Source of the DNA: Amoebidium appalachense
Taxonomy: Eukaryota > Protista > Ichthyosporea
Reading direction: 5' to 3'
Assembly (NCBI GenBank): GCA_963693365.1
Contig: CAVNZM010000005.1
Location: 2,470,342-2,534,341 of the forward strand
DNA length: 64,000 bases
A program made the translations under genes and the position numbers. The notes under the pieces were generated by a model. That model was not told where the DNA came from, made no database searches, and saw only the letters and a program-made list of their open reading frames with translations. Of this stretch, positions 32,416 through 52,608 are shown one piece after another; within the stretch, counting starts at the first letter, position 1; the number at the start of each line of letters is the position of its first letter.

Positions 32416-34167
32416 GTTGGAAAACGTTGAAAACCACAACTATAAAAGGAGTTGGGTAGTTTTGGTATGCACTTAAATGAGCAAAGATATGATACCTATC
32501 TAACTGAGTCGTATTACGGGGCAAAAAAACAAACAAACAACCCAACAAAGTGAAACAGGTTGTGGTTGGTTGGCACACAAATTGGGTGTGGTTCGCCCAC
32601 GTATTTAAACCGACAGTGGAGAAAAAGAAGCCAACAAGTGTATAAGGAAAAAGGGAAGGTTTCTGCTCTCAACTTCATAAGACAGCGCTTTCAGTGGCAG
32701 TTCTCTGGTCTATACGCATAACGAAGGTTATAGCAAAAAAAAAAGGGAAAAGCGCCCAAACTTTGACCAACTCAACGAATTCGAACCGAACGAAAATCTC
32801 GGAATCCCAGGCCGCCCGCCGGTAGAGAGGCCTTTTTATTCATCCGGCTCACGCGTCTTGATCACGGCAATACGGGACAACCGACATATCACCAATCGTG
32901 TACATGAGAAAAAATATATGCATGACTTATGGCGAATCATTTGTAGGTTATATTCCGTTGGATCTACTTTTGTTAATGTGAAGAAAAAGTCGGAAGATAG
33001 GTAATATAAATAGGTACCCCAAACTAGCGCCGACTGTTTGTGTGTCTCTAAATAATATAGCAAAAATACAAAAGCTAACCGTTCATATACGCTGACTAAG
33101 CGCAAAGTGTTGAAGCAGGACAGTGGGCCAGATCTGCCCGGGTACAAATGCGGTCCGGGCTTCCCGGCCGCCGGGACCAATGAAACACTCTATCCGTTTT
33201 CGGCAAAATAGCATACCCCACGTTAGCCCCGCTATGGCGGCAGGCGGCAGCTTTATGGGATGTGCAAGTTGCCTCGACGGCGGTATAGGCGGCTTAGCCA
33301 GTCCTCACGGGTCACGGCCCCTTGAGACAGCTTTTTTGTTTACCTTTGCAATTAAACAGTTCTATGGTGAGCTGAAACTTAATAGCTGTTCCTAAAATAA
33401 TCTTTTAGTAACGTTTTACTATGATGAAAACAACGCCAATGTGCCAAGCCTTCCGCGCTATGTACCGAGTCAACGGTTCGGCAGCGGCCTAAAAATAGAT
33501 TGGGCACGGCGCACAAATACTTCTTCTACGTACGCGTGTGCTCGACTGCTCGTGTGTATGTACATGCTTTTTAAACCGGCAATAAGCCTGACAAATCCAA
33601 AATCTGCCTATCTGTTATTTGGGAGAGAGAAAGAAATAAAATGCAGAAAGAAAAGGGAGCGGGCACATGATCTAAAGTATATATGTCACAACTTTTGAAA
33701 TTTGATCTCAAATATGCACCAACACCAATCAAAAGCCAAAACATCTTTTTGCTTTTAACAACTCATGACTCTAAACAAATAGTTAATCTTGTAAAATTTC
33801 CTGATTAGGTTACCCTTCTGCTCCCTCAACAATTTCGGACTTCGCGCGGCCTGAGCAGGCTGAGAAGCGAAAACAGAGATCTTCTGACCAGCTTCTTTAA
33901 AAAAATTTAGGCAGCCTAATTTGAGTCTGGTTTGCAGGGTGAACAGCGTCACACGGAATGTAGATTACTTAAACGGCAACAAAGCCGAAGTCTATAACTA
34001 GGTGTAGGGGAGAGCAACCGTAGGCGGAACGGAACACGTGGTTTTCGTGTGCCTATACACCACCACACTCAAAACATAAAGAATGCCCCCATATCTCAGT
34101 TTTATTTAGCGAAAACACATATAATTACTTTGAAACTGCCGCAAATTTTGTACACCTAGTAGTAAGG

Positions 34168-41454
<7,287 letters not shown>

Positions 41455-42279
41455 TCATGGGCAACGGCACAGCACTGCACACACCCTCGTTCAACTGTAA
41501 TGCCCAGGAGACAGAGACAGTGGAATGGGTTTCTTTATCCTTTAGACGCAACGTATGAGCCCCTGCAACAACACCATGTGGCACAGTTACCGAAGCAACA
41601 CATTCACCCGGTTTCAGGCAGGCTCGAATGCCCGGGGTGTACACAGAAACGGTGACCTCGGCTGTTTAAATAATACGTGTGGTTAGCATCCTCGGCACAG
41701 GAAATTTGTGCACGGTGCACAGAGTAAATTGCTATGTCTACCTAGGGATATCAGTAGGAGTAGCAGAGAGGCTCGGTATATGTCCTGCTGGTCAGGGCGG
41801 CTGTATTAAATGAAACATGTATGCACTGCAGATATTTAGAATATATTCGTCGTTCTTGGAGCGTGTAACTTGTTCCGCCTGTTTTGCATTTAATAAACTT
41901 CTTTCAATTTTTTATTAATTTTAATATCGTGTGGGTCTTTCTTTTTTATGCAGCCCTTCATTAATCTGAGCCATGCCCTGTGGGTGTGGATTATGAGTGG
42001 CTGTTGGATTTGAAGAATCCCATGCATACCTCCCTTTTCTTGCAAGGCACATACAGATAGCGTCCGCGAATAAGATCCCCCCAAAATGTGGCCGGGTGGC
42101 GGAATCATAAATTTTATTTTTTATTTTTATAATGACTTTATTGATATGCTCAGCAAAATAGAAGCCATCGAGATATCACCGATATCTCGGAGAAGAAAAT
42201 ACAAAAGCCCCCACTCTCGGATATGGAGGAGATAACGACTTAAATAATCATACACCCTAGAAAACTCATTAAACATAGG

Positions 42280-43058
42280 AATTGTCTCTTCGTTTTTGTT
42301 TTCATTTAGTTAGGATACCTGTTGGTCACCCTCTTTATGCTTTCTTTCCCCCCCTCCCTCCATCCCTCTTCCCCCCAGATTCACCAACGCTACTCCTGAA
42401 CGTCCTCAGCCTACCCTCTTTCAACCTGATTCTTCCTCTCGCTATATCTCACTCCCACTTTCTTTTCTCTTCCTGTTTTTTCTGCCTTTTCGCGTTATTA
42501 CCATACGCAGTATAAGTTTCTTTCTCATTCTGATAGAGAAATCAAAGGTAAAACTCAGTCGGCATGTGTTATGTTCCTTAGGCAACACCGTACTGATCAT
42601 TATTGCTTTTTGGGAGCTTTGGCAGGATACATTTCTCCTGCTGTACGTATGGATACCACCCTAGTAGATAAGTCTGTATGGTGCTCTGATGTTGATATTG
42701 CCTGGGAAGTTGTGCAGTGGCGCTGTAATTCTTGTTTTCATCGCCGCTGGTGTCACTTTTGTGCTGAACTTTTTAATCGCAAGCATGTTGATAGGTGTGA
42801 GTTTTTATGTCGCGTTTTACCTCTTTCGTAGCTACGGGTGTCTGCTACACTAGCTGGCAATGTGAACACTTTAGACTTTTTGTTGAATTCTGTTGGTCGT
42901 CACATTGAGTATTTATATGATTTTCACACAGTGTTCAGGTATCTCAGTATGCACTTGTTACTGGATAACTCGTGAAGTTTTTATTGTCTTCTCAGTATGC
43001 CGTGCATACTTGCATATATATCTTTCCGTCGAATAAATCCAGTCAAAAGAAAAAAAAA
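42280..43058 (+). mobile_element. LINE 3' fragment (longer copy, frameshifted), nested in a TIR element
   Basis: ORF remnant ...WEVVQWRCNSCFHRRWCHFCAELFNRKHVDRC...LDFLLNS, followed by AATAAA and an A-tail at ~43032-43058. The 5' boundary is approximate. Confidence 0.75.
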
Positions 43059-43064
43059 TTAAAC

Positions 43065-43280
43065 ATACCGTGGTTCAACAAATAGTCAATTGACGTAATA
43101 CTGCGCAGGATTATCTAAATAAGCCAGTCTTCTAATTAATATTTCTAACGGAATAATCTTAGATAAATAAATACATCTATCTAAGTGTTTACGAGAAAAA
43201 GGTTCTGCACAAAAGTGGCACAAACATTAATGGAAACAAAGGTTACAGCGCCAAAATAAACATTTCCAAGCTATGTCACA
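43065..43280 (-). mobile_element. Older diverged LINE 3' fragment, tail-to-tail with the previous one
   Basis: Minus strand reads DIAWKCLFWRCNLCFH*CLCHFCAEPFSRKHLDRC..., then IDYLLNH after a frameshift; homologous to the family above. Confidence 0.65.
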
Positions 43281-44335
43281 AGGAGGGGCAAAATCGGTAA
43301 GTGTGGTAGGATAATTTTGAGGGTCGGGGTCAGAATCTTAATGGCGGAGGGCCCATTCATCATAATTTATATGTCCGTCCGCCAATAAGATCATCCCGAA
43401 AACTGTCGGGGGGCAGAATGACCTTAAAAAAAAATCGATTTTGCCTGGGGCGAAATCTTATTGGCGGAAGTTCTTATTCGCGGACGGTATCTGTAGCACA
43501 TGTACAGAGGGGCTGATTTTTAGCGCCAATTAAAATAAGAAAAGAAACGTCTGCTGCAGCCATAGACTGCACGTCACCCCGTATATACTAGAAAAGATAT
43601 TAAACACCAAAAACCAGGTGGTTTTCTGTACCTACAAATGTCCTACGCTCGATCGCGATGATGCACTGTACAGGGACTACGACGATATGGCATGCCTCAG
43701 GGGGGACCCAGGGGAGCTTTGTTCCACCAATCGCATCGCCTATGAGACAATGAGTAATCCAAACTTATGCCATATAAAGCTAATCTAATTATTTATGACG
43801 TTTTTGATTCACCAAAGATCACGACATCGTGTTGCCGCCTGGTAGAAGTGAAGTGAATTCCTGGCAGTGACAAAACGAAAACCGCCTGTGCACTGCAGCT
43901 TGTGCAGTTATCAAAAGCCCCCGTTTCGAAACAAACCACCTAATTACTGTATATTCAGAGCATATGCAGGAGTGTACTGCCTAGCCGTTTATCCCACCCA
44001 CTGTTGTGGGAGCTAGGACAGGCTATGACTTGTGCAGTTCTGTGAGCGACAGTAGTTTTGGCATCTTTCCTTGCTGACATCGCGTCCCATTTATTGGTAT
44101 TTGGTCGACCACCGCTACCGGTTTCACTTCTACTAAGGGGAGCAACGCTGGCTGTAACATGTTCACACGTGCACATGGGCATGCATAACACCAGAAACGC
44201 GTAGCATCCTATTTGGGTACTCCCGCATCCTCCCTCCTCCCTTCCTCTCTCCGCTCCCCTCTCTCCCCTCTCTCCCCCCCCTCTCTCCCCTCCTCCTCCC
44301 GCCGGCTCTGACCAAGGGCGAAACATACCACCACC

Positions 44336-45673
44336 ATGCCCACCATAGCAGACGCGAAGAAGCAGCGCACTCTTGCCCGTGAGGCACAAACCTTACAAAG
44401 TAGCGAGTTGGAGCTGCCACACACGGAGGAGTTACTGTTACAAGCACCACAGGTGAAACCCTACTCGCCAAAACCAGGCGCAGAGGATACAATCTCTACA
44501 TCAAGTGCACCTTTGGAGCTGCAGGCAAGAGGTGTGTGTTTGTTCACGAGCATGTGGAACCACCTGTGTGCCTATGAAGTGAAGTCATCTTCGTTCTCCT
44601 GAACGTGTGTTGGTTGGGATCTCTCTTGGAGAGATGGCCTGTTTTTGCTCGTGTGATGGTGGCAAGACAGTGTGTGTTCCAGAGGGGGGAGTTATTGACG
44701 GAGGCCTCAAGAAACTAAATCATGAATATAGGGGATGAAGGGCATTAGATGAAAAACGGCTCGGGAGAAGAAGGCGGAAGAAAAGTGTAAGGGGACTAGA
44801 TGACAAACGGCTCGGGAGAAGAAGGTGGAAGGGAATGGGAAATGTGTGTATGTGTTCAACCTGAGGGGAAATGAATGAGGGCAGTAGGCCCAGAGCTGCA
44901 ACTCGATGGGCTGTGCTATGGCCACAAGTTCTATAGAAGTGGACACCTTGAACCAAGCACAGCAAACACACACACACCGGCATACATAAGCAATCAGGGA
45001 TAGATCTTCCGCTCCCCCCTGCCTCCCCCCTGGGCGTTTCCCCTCCCCTCCTTAACTTCCCAACAACTGTTCGTGGTCGTGACATGCTATGTGTGCACGA
45101 CGCAATACAAGCAGTCGGACGTACACAAACACCAACCTGCACCCACACCGACCCACCTATTCGCACATCCGTGGTACATTTACACACACTTGCACACAAG
45201 CGCGCACATATGCATTAACGGACGCTTGTCCACATGCGTGCACATACACACACACGCACAAACACACCCACACACGTACGCACACACACATACTTTGACA
45301 CACGCTCGTATACACACCCATACAAGCCCCCCCCCCCCCCCCCCCCCCCTCACACACCCACATTCAATACACCAGACATCGTTCGTTTCCCACACCACGA
45401 CTCATTCATTTCCCGCACTGCAAAATACGGCACCATGACAAGTCAGATGCATAGTTACCAGCGCAAATGCTCCACACTTGCTGCATTCACCACATGCACT
45501 GCACGACTTGCTAAAACATTGCTTAACAAAGGCTACTCCTTTAGACTCTTGCACCACAAAATGCACAGCTTTCTCGCCGCACACCCGCACATATACCGTG
45601 GCGTTCACTCCTCTCACATACTCTCCATCATCACTAAAAAGTTCAACACTCCCTAATCCCCCACTCTATCCCG

Positions 45674-45725
<52 letters not shown>

Positions 45726-46386
45726 CCTTACCCACGGCCTTTCCCACTGCCCTTGCCTGCATAAGCAACCCTGCTCGTCTCTGATCAAGACGGGTGACCT
45801 ACCCATGTTCAAGTGAAACAGTATCTGAGTTGGGTTTCGTTAACGAGGTGAATAGGTCGAAACTCGCCCCTCCCCCCCCCCCCCCCCCCCCCCCCTGGCC
45901 AAACCCTGTATACACTCTTCTCATCAGCAGGTCTCTAACCCACTCTGCAGAACGTTTTACGCATTTCTCCCCTTGGAGAACTTGGTCGTTGGTGCGTTTT
46001 TGTCTGATATCCAACGACTCTGCAGGGTCCCCTAAGACTACTGACACTCTAACATTCCCTCCCCTCTCTTACTTTCCCCCCCCCCCCCCCCCCCTCCCCT
46101 CCTCCTTCCCCTCCCATTTTCTCTGCACACTCACCAGGTCTTAACCAGCTCTGCACATCGTTAGTCACAATCTTCTCTCATATATGAGAGGATGTTCGTA
46201 TTGGTACGATTTGTCTAATATTTGACGATTCTGAAGCATCCCTAAGACCCCCCTTTCCCTCCCCTCCCCTCCCCCCCATGACGCATACTGCGCGCACGGC
46301 TATGTTGCATACTTGAATGTTTGCCTTTGCATGTGTCCTTCGTGTATGCGTACTTCGTACCGTGTTCAGCATTCAAACCCCCCACC

Positions 46387-46418
<32 letters not shown>

Positions 46419-47340
46419 CTTCTCTCTCTCTTTTTTTTTTTTTTTTTTTTTTTTGGGCGCCTGTTGTTTTGCTTGTCATTTGTTGTTCTGGTTGATTACC
46501 TGTAATCTTCGGTTATTTATGTGTGTGTGTTTGTGTATGTATGTTGTGCGGGGTTGCACACACCGGTGTCTACTTTTCTTCCTACTGTTTTTCTCTCCAC
46601 ACACTTCATCTGTCCACTTCTGCATACCCCCTCTCATAGCCATAGACACACTTTACACATTGCGTTACGCACACGCATGCACACACCGCTCTGTTGGCGA
46701 CAGCTCCCTTGGAACCCATGCGGCATGTTACCCGCCGGCGTAACATAACTCGGACTATCGATTTGGCGTTTTTCAAGCCCAAAGCAATGGATGATACCAT
46801 ATTTCCGGCTGACATCCGGGGGCATAGCTTTCCGTTCAAAGACGTTAAAATTCTGCCCTAGTAAGCGTGTTACTACCCTGCGGCGTGGGTCAAATCATAT
46901 TTTCCCCTCTGATTGCGAATTCTGCGGCCTTCGGGACTTAATTCTTTTCAGCTGGTGTAGTATGTTAGCCAGGGAAGCATCGACTTAGGTAGCGACGGGG
47001 GAGCTTCTTAGAAGCCCCGTCTCCTGAGTTCCTATCTATATTTTTCTTGCTTCTGCTTACTGCTGCAACTTTAACCCCCGGCCTTTCCCACTGCCCTTGC
47101 CTGCATGAGCAACCCTGCTCGTCTCTGATCAAGACGGGTGACCTACCCATGTTCAAGTGAAACAGTATCTGAGTTGGGTTTCGTTAACGAGGTGAATAGG
47201 TCGAAACTCGGGTACTGTGGATGACGTGGCCCCCCCCTGAGGATGGGCTCTGCTTATTATGCATACTCTTTATGTATGGCTTGCATTCTGCATCGTGTTA
47301 TCCGTTTGTTCTTGTGTACTTCGTACTTTTTGACGCATTC

Positions 47341-47371
<31 letters not shown>

Positions 47372-49249
47372 ACCTCCCACTCCCAGCACGAAAATGCACA
47401 CGCTCGAATCAAAGCACCCACACCCACACCCACACCTGCAACACGCAAAGAGATGCCGACAAAATGAAGGGTGTCAACATACACAGAGGCAGACAACGAC
47501 ATACAACAAGTCTGTGCACACATTCTCACCCCCCCCCCCCCCCCCCCCCCCCCACCACCACCCCCCCTTCTTCCCCTTCTCTACCTCCACTTCCTCCCTC
47601 CCCCCTCCTCCTTCACTACCTCCCCTCTCCACCCCCCCCCCTTCCCCCTTCCCCTGTCCCTACCCTTACAGATAGTCACAACGAGCTCGGCACACCTGGG
47701 GGGCTTTCACAGCCCGATTCCGAAGACCTAGTGCCTCCCCTGCTGGCCGGCCCCGTGTCATCATCAAGTCTGTCTCCCAGTCCGGGTTTGACGGACAGAA
47801 AGCGTTTCAGTACTAGCATGGGCAGTTTGATCAAAAGTTCGCTATCAGATCTGAAAGATAGCATCAGTGATGACGTCGACAAGCTGAAGCGGAGCACGTC
47901 GCTCTACAAGAAGCGTAGGGATGGGGAGGACAGGTTGCGGTCCCAAAGTGTGTCCAACACTTCTAATGGGAGTGCGGCTAGTCCCAAGGTGCCCACCCCG
48001 GCCGAGGGCCGGTCAAGCCTCAAGAAGTCGGATATAAAGTAGGTGGACGGGTTGAACATTGTGCGGATGCACCAGGTGTGAGTGTAAACGTGGATGCGTG
48101 AAGCCGGCCTGGGGAGGAGCAGAGAGGCAGTAAGGCTGTGGGTTGGGATGGAGAATGGAGGGGGGTTAGAGGGGGAGGGGACCTTTTTTTGGGTTGATTT
48201 GGAGGAAGTGTGTGGTGGATGCAGCGCACTAAAGGTTGTTTGTGACGGGGGGAGGGGGATTCGGGGGAGAAGGGGGGGGGGGGGGGAGGGGGGGGAAGGG
48301 GAGGGGGGGGAGGGTGGATGGGTTGGAGGGAAGAGGGCGGTGGATGGTTGAGTGTGTGTGTATGAAGGGAGGGGGGAGGGGGCGGAGGGGAGGGGATGAA
48401 TGAAGCCCTCCTAAACCGGGGAACCGAGAGGTGGGGTGGATATGGTGCAAACTATATGCACGGGCATCGGTTGACCTCCCCACTACCCATCGTGAGTCGC
48501 TTCGCAGCCATCCAGCACCAACATACAAATCCTCTTCCTCTCTTCCCCAAGCCCCCTGTCTTTCCTCCTTGACGCCCCTTCGCAGGCACACACACCACAC
48601 ACGCACCACTAATACTGCACAAACACCTATTACCAAAATTATTTGCGTGTATCCACGTCCACTAACCCTCTCTCCACCAGCACGGAGCTGACAGGCAGCA
48701 AAAGATTCAGCAGTATTTTTGGTGAGCTGTGCCCGGGGGAGATAGGCCTCAACGACTATGTAGCAGCCATGACCCGGCACAGGGTGGTGATGCAGGGGAG
48801 ACTGTTTGTGAGTGACAAGAGTGTGTGCTTCACGGCCATGATCAGCAAGAAGCTCTATGTGCTGCCCTTCAACGAAATACGGTTCATACTCAAGAAGAAG
48901 TGGGCAAAGCTGCCTACTGCAATCAGGTCCGTGTGTGTGTGTGCGTGTGTGCAGGGGTGGAGGAGGTGGGGATGGAGTGGGGGTTGGGAGTGGAGGGGGG
49001 GGGGGGGGGGGGTTCACGTGATTGCCCTACGATTTTTTTTTGCACCTGTGTATATGTGCAAGTGAATGTATATATGCATTTGAAGGGAAGGGGGAATGGG
49101 AGGGGAGAAGGGGGATGGAGGGGCTGAACTGGGAAGGGATTGTGATGGCTCGGGAGTTTTGATGTATGTAAATTTCCAGACAGGAGGCAGGAGCTTCCCC
49201 TCCCCCCCCTTGAGGTGGGGTTGGGTGGAGTGGGGTGGTGTGTGTGTGT

Positions 49250-49280
<31 letters not shown>

Positions 49281-50515
49281 GGGGGGGGGGGAGGGGGGGG
49301 GTGGAGGGGGGGACGGGGGTGGTGGGGGGGTGGTGGTGGTGGTGGTGGTGGTGGGGGGGGGGGGGGGGAGGGGGCTGGACAGAGGATTTTGCCAACTTAA
49401 AGCAACCACCGCTACTTCCATTTTAGCGTCTGGGCGGGGAGCCACATTGTTGACGTCATTCTGTGCACAAATTCCATGACGCCGTGTAGCCGCCGGGCTG
49501 AAAAAGACACGAAGAAGCTGGCTTTGTCGAATGTCGACATCGGCATTTGACACAATTTGATTGAATCTCTTGATTGGTGAGACACATTTGAGAAATGTGG
49601 GTCTCGGGTGGTCAGCGCCCAGACGCTAATATGGAAGAAGCGGTGGTTGGTTTGAGTCTCGAGGTTATGTTGAGCAGCATGGGTGCGAGGAGAGTGACCT
49701 GAGAAGCAGCAGGAGGGAGGGGGTGGGGGAGGGAGGGAGGGGGGGGGGGGGGGGGGGGGGGGAGGGGGAGGGACCTGTGGCTCGATAGCTTTGGGGTGGT
49801 ATAGTTGGACCACACAGACACTGAATGTGGATTGGCTGGTAGGGTGGTGATGAAGGGTGAGCAGGGCAAGGCCTACACATTCCACTCCATGGTGTCGCGC
49901 AATGAATGCTACGATGAACTGATCAATTTGTGGATGGTTGGTCCAACCCCCCCCCCCCCCCCCCCCCCCAAAACACACACACACACACATTGATGATTGG
50001 ACGTGTGCGTATTGCTCGTTTAGTAGTGTTGATCTTTTACCGTGCCTTTCTATGCACCACACCTCCCGTGCCCAGATTCCCGCAGCCTAGGACTTCATCT
50101 TAGTTCCCTCCAGCTCTCTTACCAGACTCAAAAAAAGCCTCCTCTCGTGTGCCACAAACTAGGGACTCTACTGTAGAAACAGGATTGATCACGTGCCTTG
50201 TTTAGAATGAATGGTGTGGTAAGGGGTCAGGGGTGGAGGGAAACAAGTAGGAATAGGTCGGTGATGGTCGTGGTGGTGGTTTGTTTGCCCCCTTCTCTCC
50301 ACACCTCCTTTTCCCCTCTTCCTCCTCCCCCCTCCCTCCCCCTCCCCCCCCCCCCCGGTATGTGTGTGTGTGTGGGAGGGTAGGGGGTTTCGTTCTTCAT
50401 CATTGTCACCATCTTCATCTTCTCTTCCCTCTTTCTCACTTCTTCTTGTCTCTCTCCTACCTCCCTCTTGCTTTTTTTGTTTTTTGTTTTGTTGGGTTGT
50501 GTGGTGTGTTTGGGG

Positions 50516-50546
<31 letters not shown>

Positions 50547-51026
50547 AGGGAGGGGCGGGGGGCTGATGAGTTTGTGTTATTTGTCTGGCCTGTGCATGTG
50601 TGTGGTTGCATGTGCTAGGCCTTCGTGAGTGCCTGCCTTTACTTCTTGTGTTTAGGGAGGTGTGGGTGTGGGTGGATGGGTGGGTGGTGATGGTGGTGGT
50701 GGTGGTGGTGGGGGGGGGGGGGGGGGGGAGGGAGGGAGGGGGAAGGATGGAACATGACATGGCAGGTCAGAACGAGACATGGGCTGTAAAACATGATGTT
50801 GTTTGCCGGGTGGCTACTGACCATACTGGGTGCAGGCCAACAACGAGGGCCAGCCAGCAAGCAGTGTGATGGGGGAGGGGGAGGAGGAGGATGAGAGTGC
50901 TGAGACAGACGGCGACAATGCTAGCTCCCCGGCCAGGTGGGGGCACGTGCATGCAACACACATGCACAACACACGTGCGTACAATGTGCACACACCTTGT
51001 CGTTCTTATGACTATACATGCCCCCC

Positions 51027-51057
<31 letters not shown>

Positions 51058-52529
51058 AAAAAAAAAAAAAAAACTCCACCATCACCACCACCGCCGCCAC
51101 CACCACATAAGCACACTTGTGATGTCTGTGACCACTGCATTATAAATGTTTGCTATTTGTGCTGACCATGGTACACCCTGGGTCTTTCCCCTTATAATGC
51201 CCCGCCCCCCTTTCCCCCCCTTCCCCCCTCCCCCCCCCCCCCCCTCCCCTCCCCCCCCCCGGACATGCACACACACACATACACCAAACCCCCCCCCCCC
51301 CCCCCCCCCTGTGCCTGCTCCCCTTCCCCCTCCCCCCCCCCCCCCCCCCAAAAAAAAAAAAAAAAAAAAACCACCTCCAGTCGGCGTGACAGTGGGACGG
51401 AGGAAGACGGACCACCTGTCGACTGTGCATGCACGGACCACTGTGAGAAGGAGTTTGCAAACGAGATCGTGGACGTGAGTGCAGGCCGCCTGTTTGCAAT
51501 GATATTCGGCAACGACTCAGAGTTCAGTAAAGATTTCTGTGAAAACGTGAGAGGGTATACGGGGCTGACATGCAGCAAGTGGGAGCCAGAGGAAGGCACG
51601 GACAGAGAGAAAAGAGAGTTGACGTTCACTATGCCACTGAAGAAGAACCCGATTGGTCCAAAGGTGGCTGATGTCGTGGAGAAGCAGTGGCTTGTCAAAA
51701 GGTATTCTTTCACCGTCCTTGCTCCCCCCCCCCCCCCCCCCCCCCCTCCCTCCCCACACACACACACACAAACACCACACATACACCACCCAGCCACCCA
51801 CCCAACCCCACTTGCATACGTAGAGGCCTCTAAACTTTTCCCTTCCATACAAATGGAAAAGGTTTTACTGATTAACGGGTTCTGACAGCCCTTTATGCTC
51901 ATAGTGTGTGAGTTTATGCCCTAACTGCCTTAAGTCACTGGTCTACTCTTAGTGCTCTGCTCAGTGAACCTTGAGTTCAACCCCCCCCCCCCCCCCCCCT
52001 CTTTTTTCTTCCCCCCCCCCCCCCCCCCCCCGCAAAAAAAAAAAAAAAGGGAAAGAAAAAAAAAATACATACACAGATATATACGTAACCAAAGCCCCCT
52101 GTCACCACCACAACATATCAGCGGTTTTGTCACATCACTACAGGACCAACATGTGCACTGAAACTGTAATGTGTGCTCCTGGGCACTGGTGTCAATTTCT
52201 CACCTGCCACACAGGGTGGAGGGCAAGGTGTACGTTATACTGTCTGAGAGCATGACCCCAAAGCTGCCCTATGGCGACAGCCTGGTCACGAGAAACAGGT
52301 ACCTCCCCCCCCCCCCCCCCCCCCAAACTCGGGTACTGTGGATGACGTGGGCCCCCCCTGAGGATGGGCTCTGCTTATTATGCATACTCTTTATGTATGG
52401 CTTGCATTCTGCATCGTGTTATCCGTTTGTTCTTGTGTACTTCGTACTTTTTGACGCATTCAAACCCCCCCCCCCCCCCCCCCCCAACCACCCACCAAAA
52501 TACACACACACACGCATGTGCGCGCGCAC

Positions 52530-52608
<79 letters not shown>

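Larger units (their letters stand above)
42054..43493. mobile_element. Non-autonomous TIR DNA transposon (Tc1/mariner-pogo-like, TA target duplication) carrying nested LINE fragments
   Basis: TA|CAGATAGCGTCCGCGAATAAGA ... TCTTATTCGCGGACGGTATCTG|TA: a 22-bp TIR with 1 mismatch. Subterminal CCGCCA(A/T)TAAGA repeats at ~43336, 43378 and 43455. Confidence 0.82.

Noticed and set aside
32806-33252. Imperfect GC-rich inverted termini suggesting a MITE in the divergent promoter
   Set aside because: The match is short and gapped, with no target-site duplication or second copy.
47201-47250. Canonical hammerhead ribozyme (GAAA...GTA...CTGAGGA)
   Set aside because: Core words are present, but stems I and II could not be formed in a valid topology; kept only as an unassigned structured motif.
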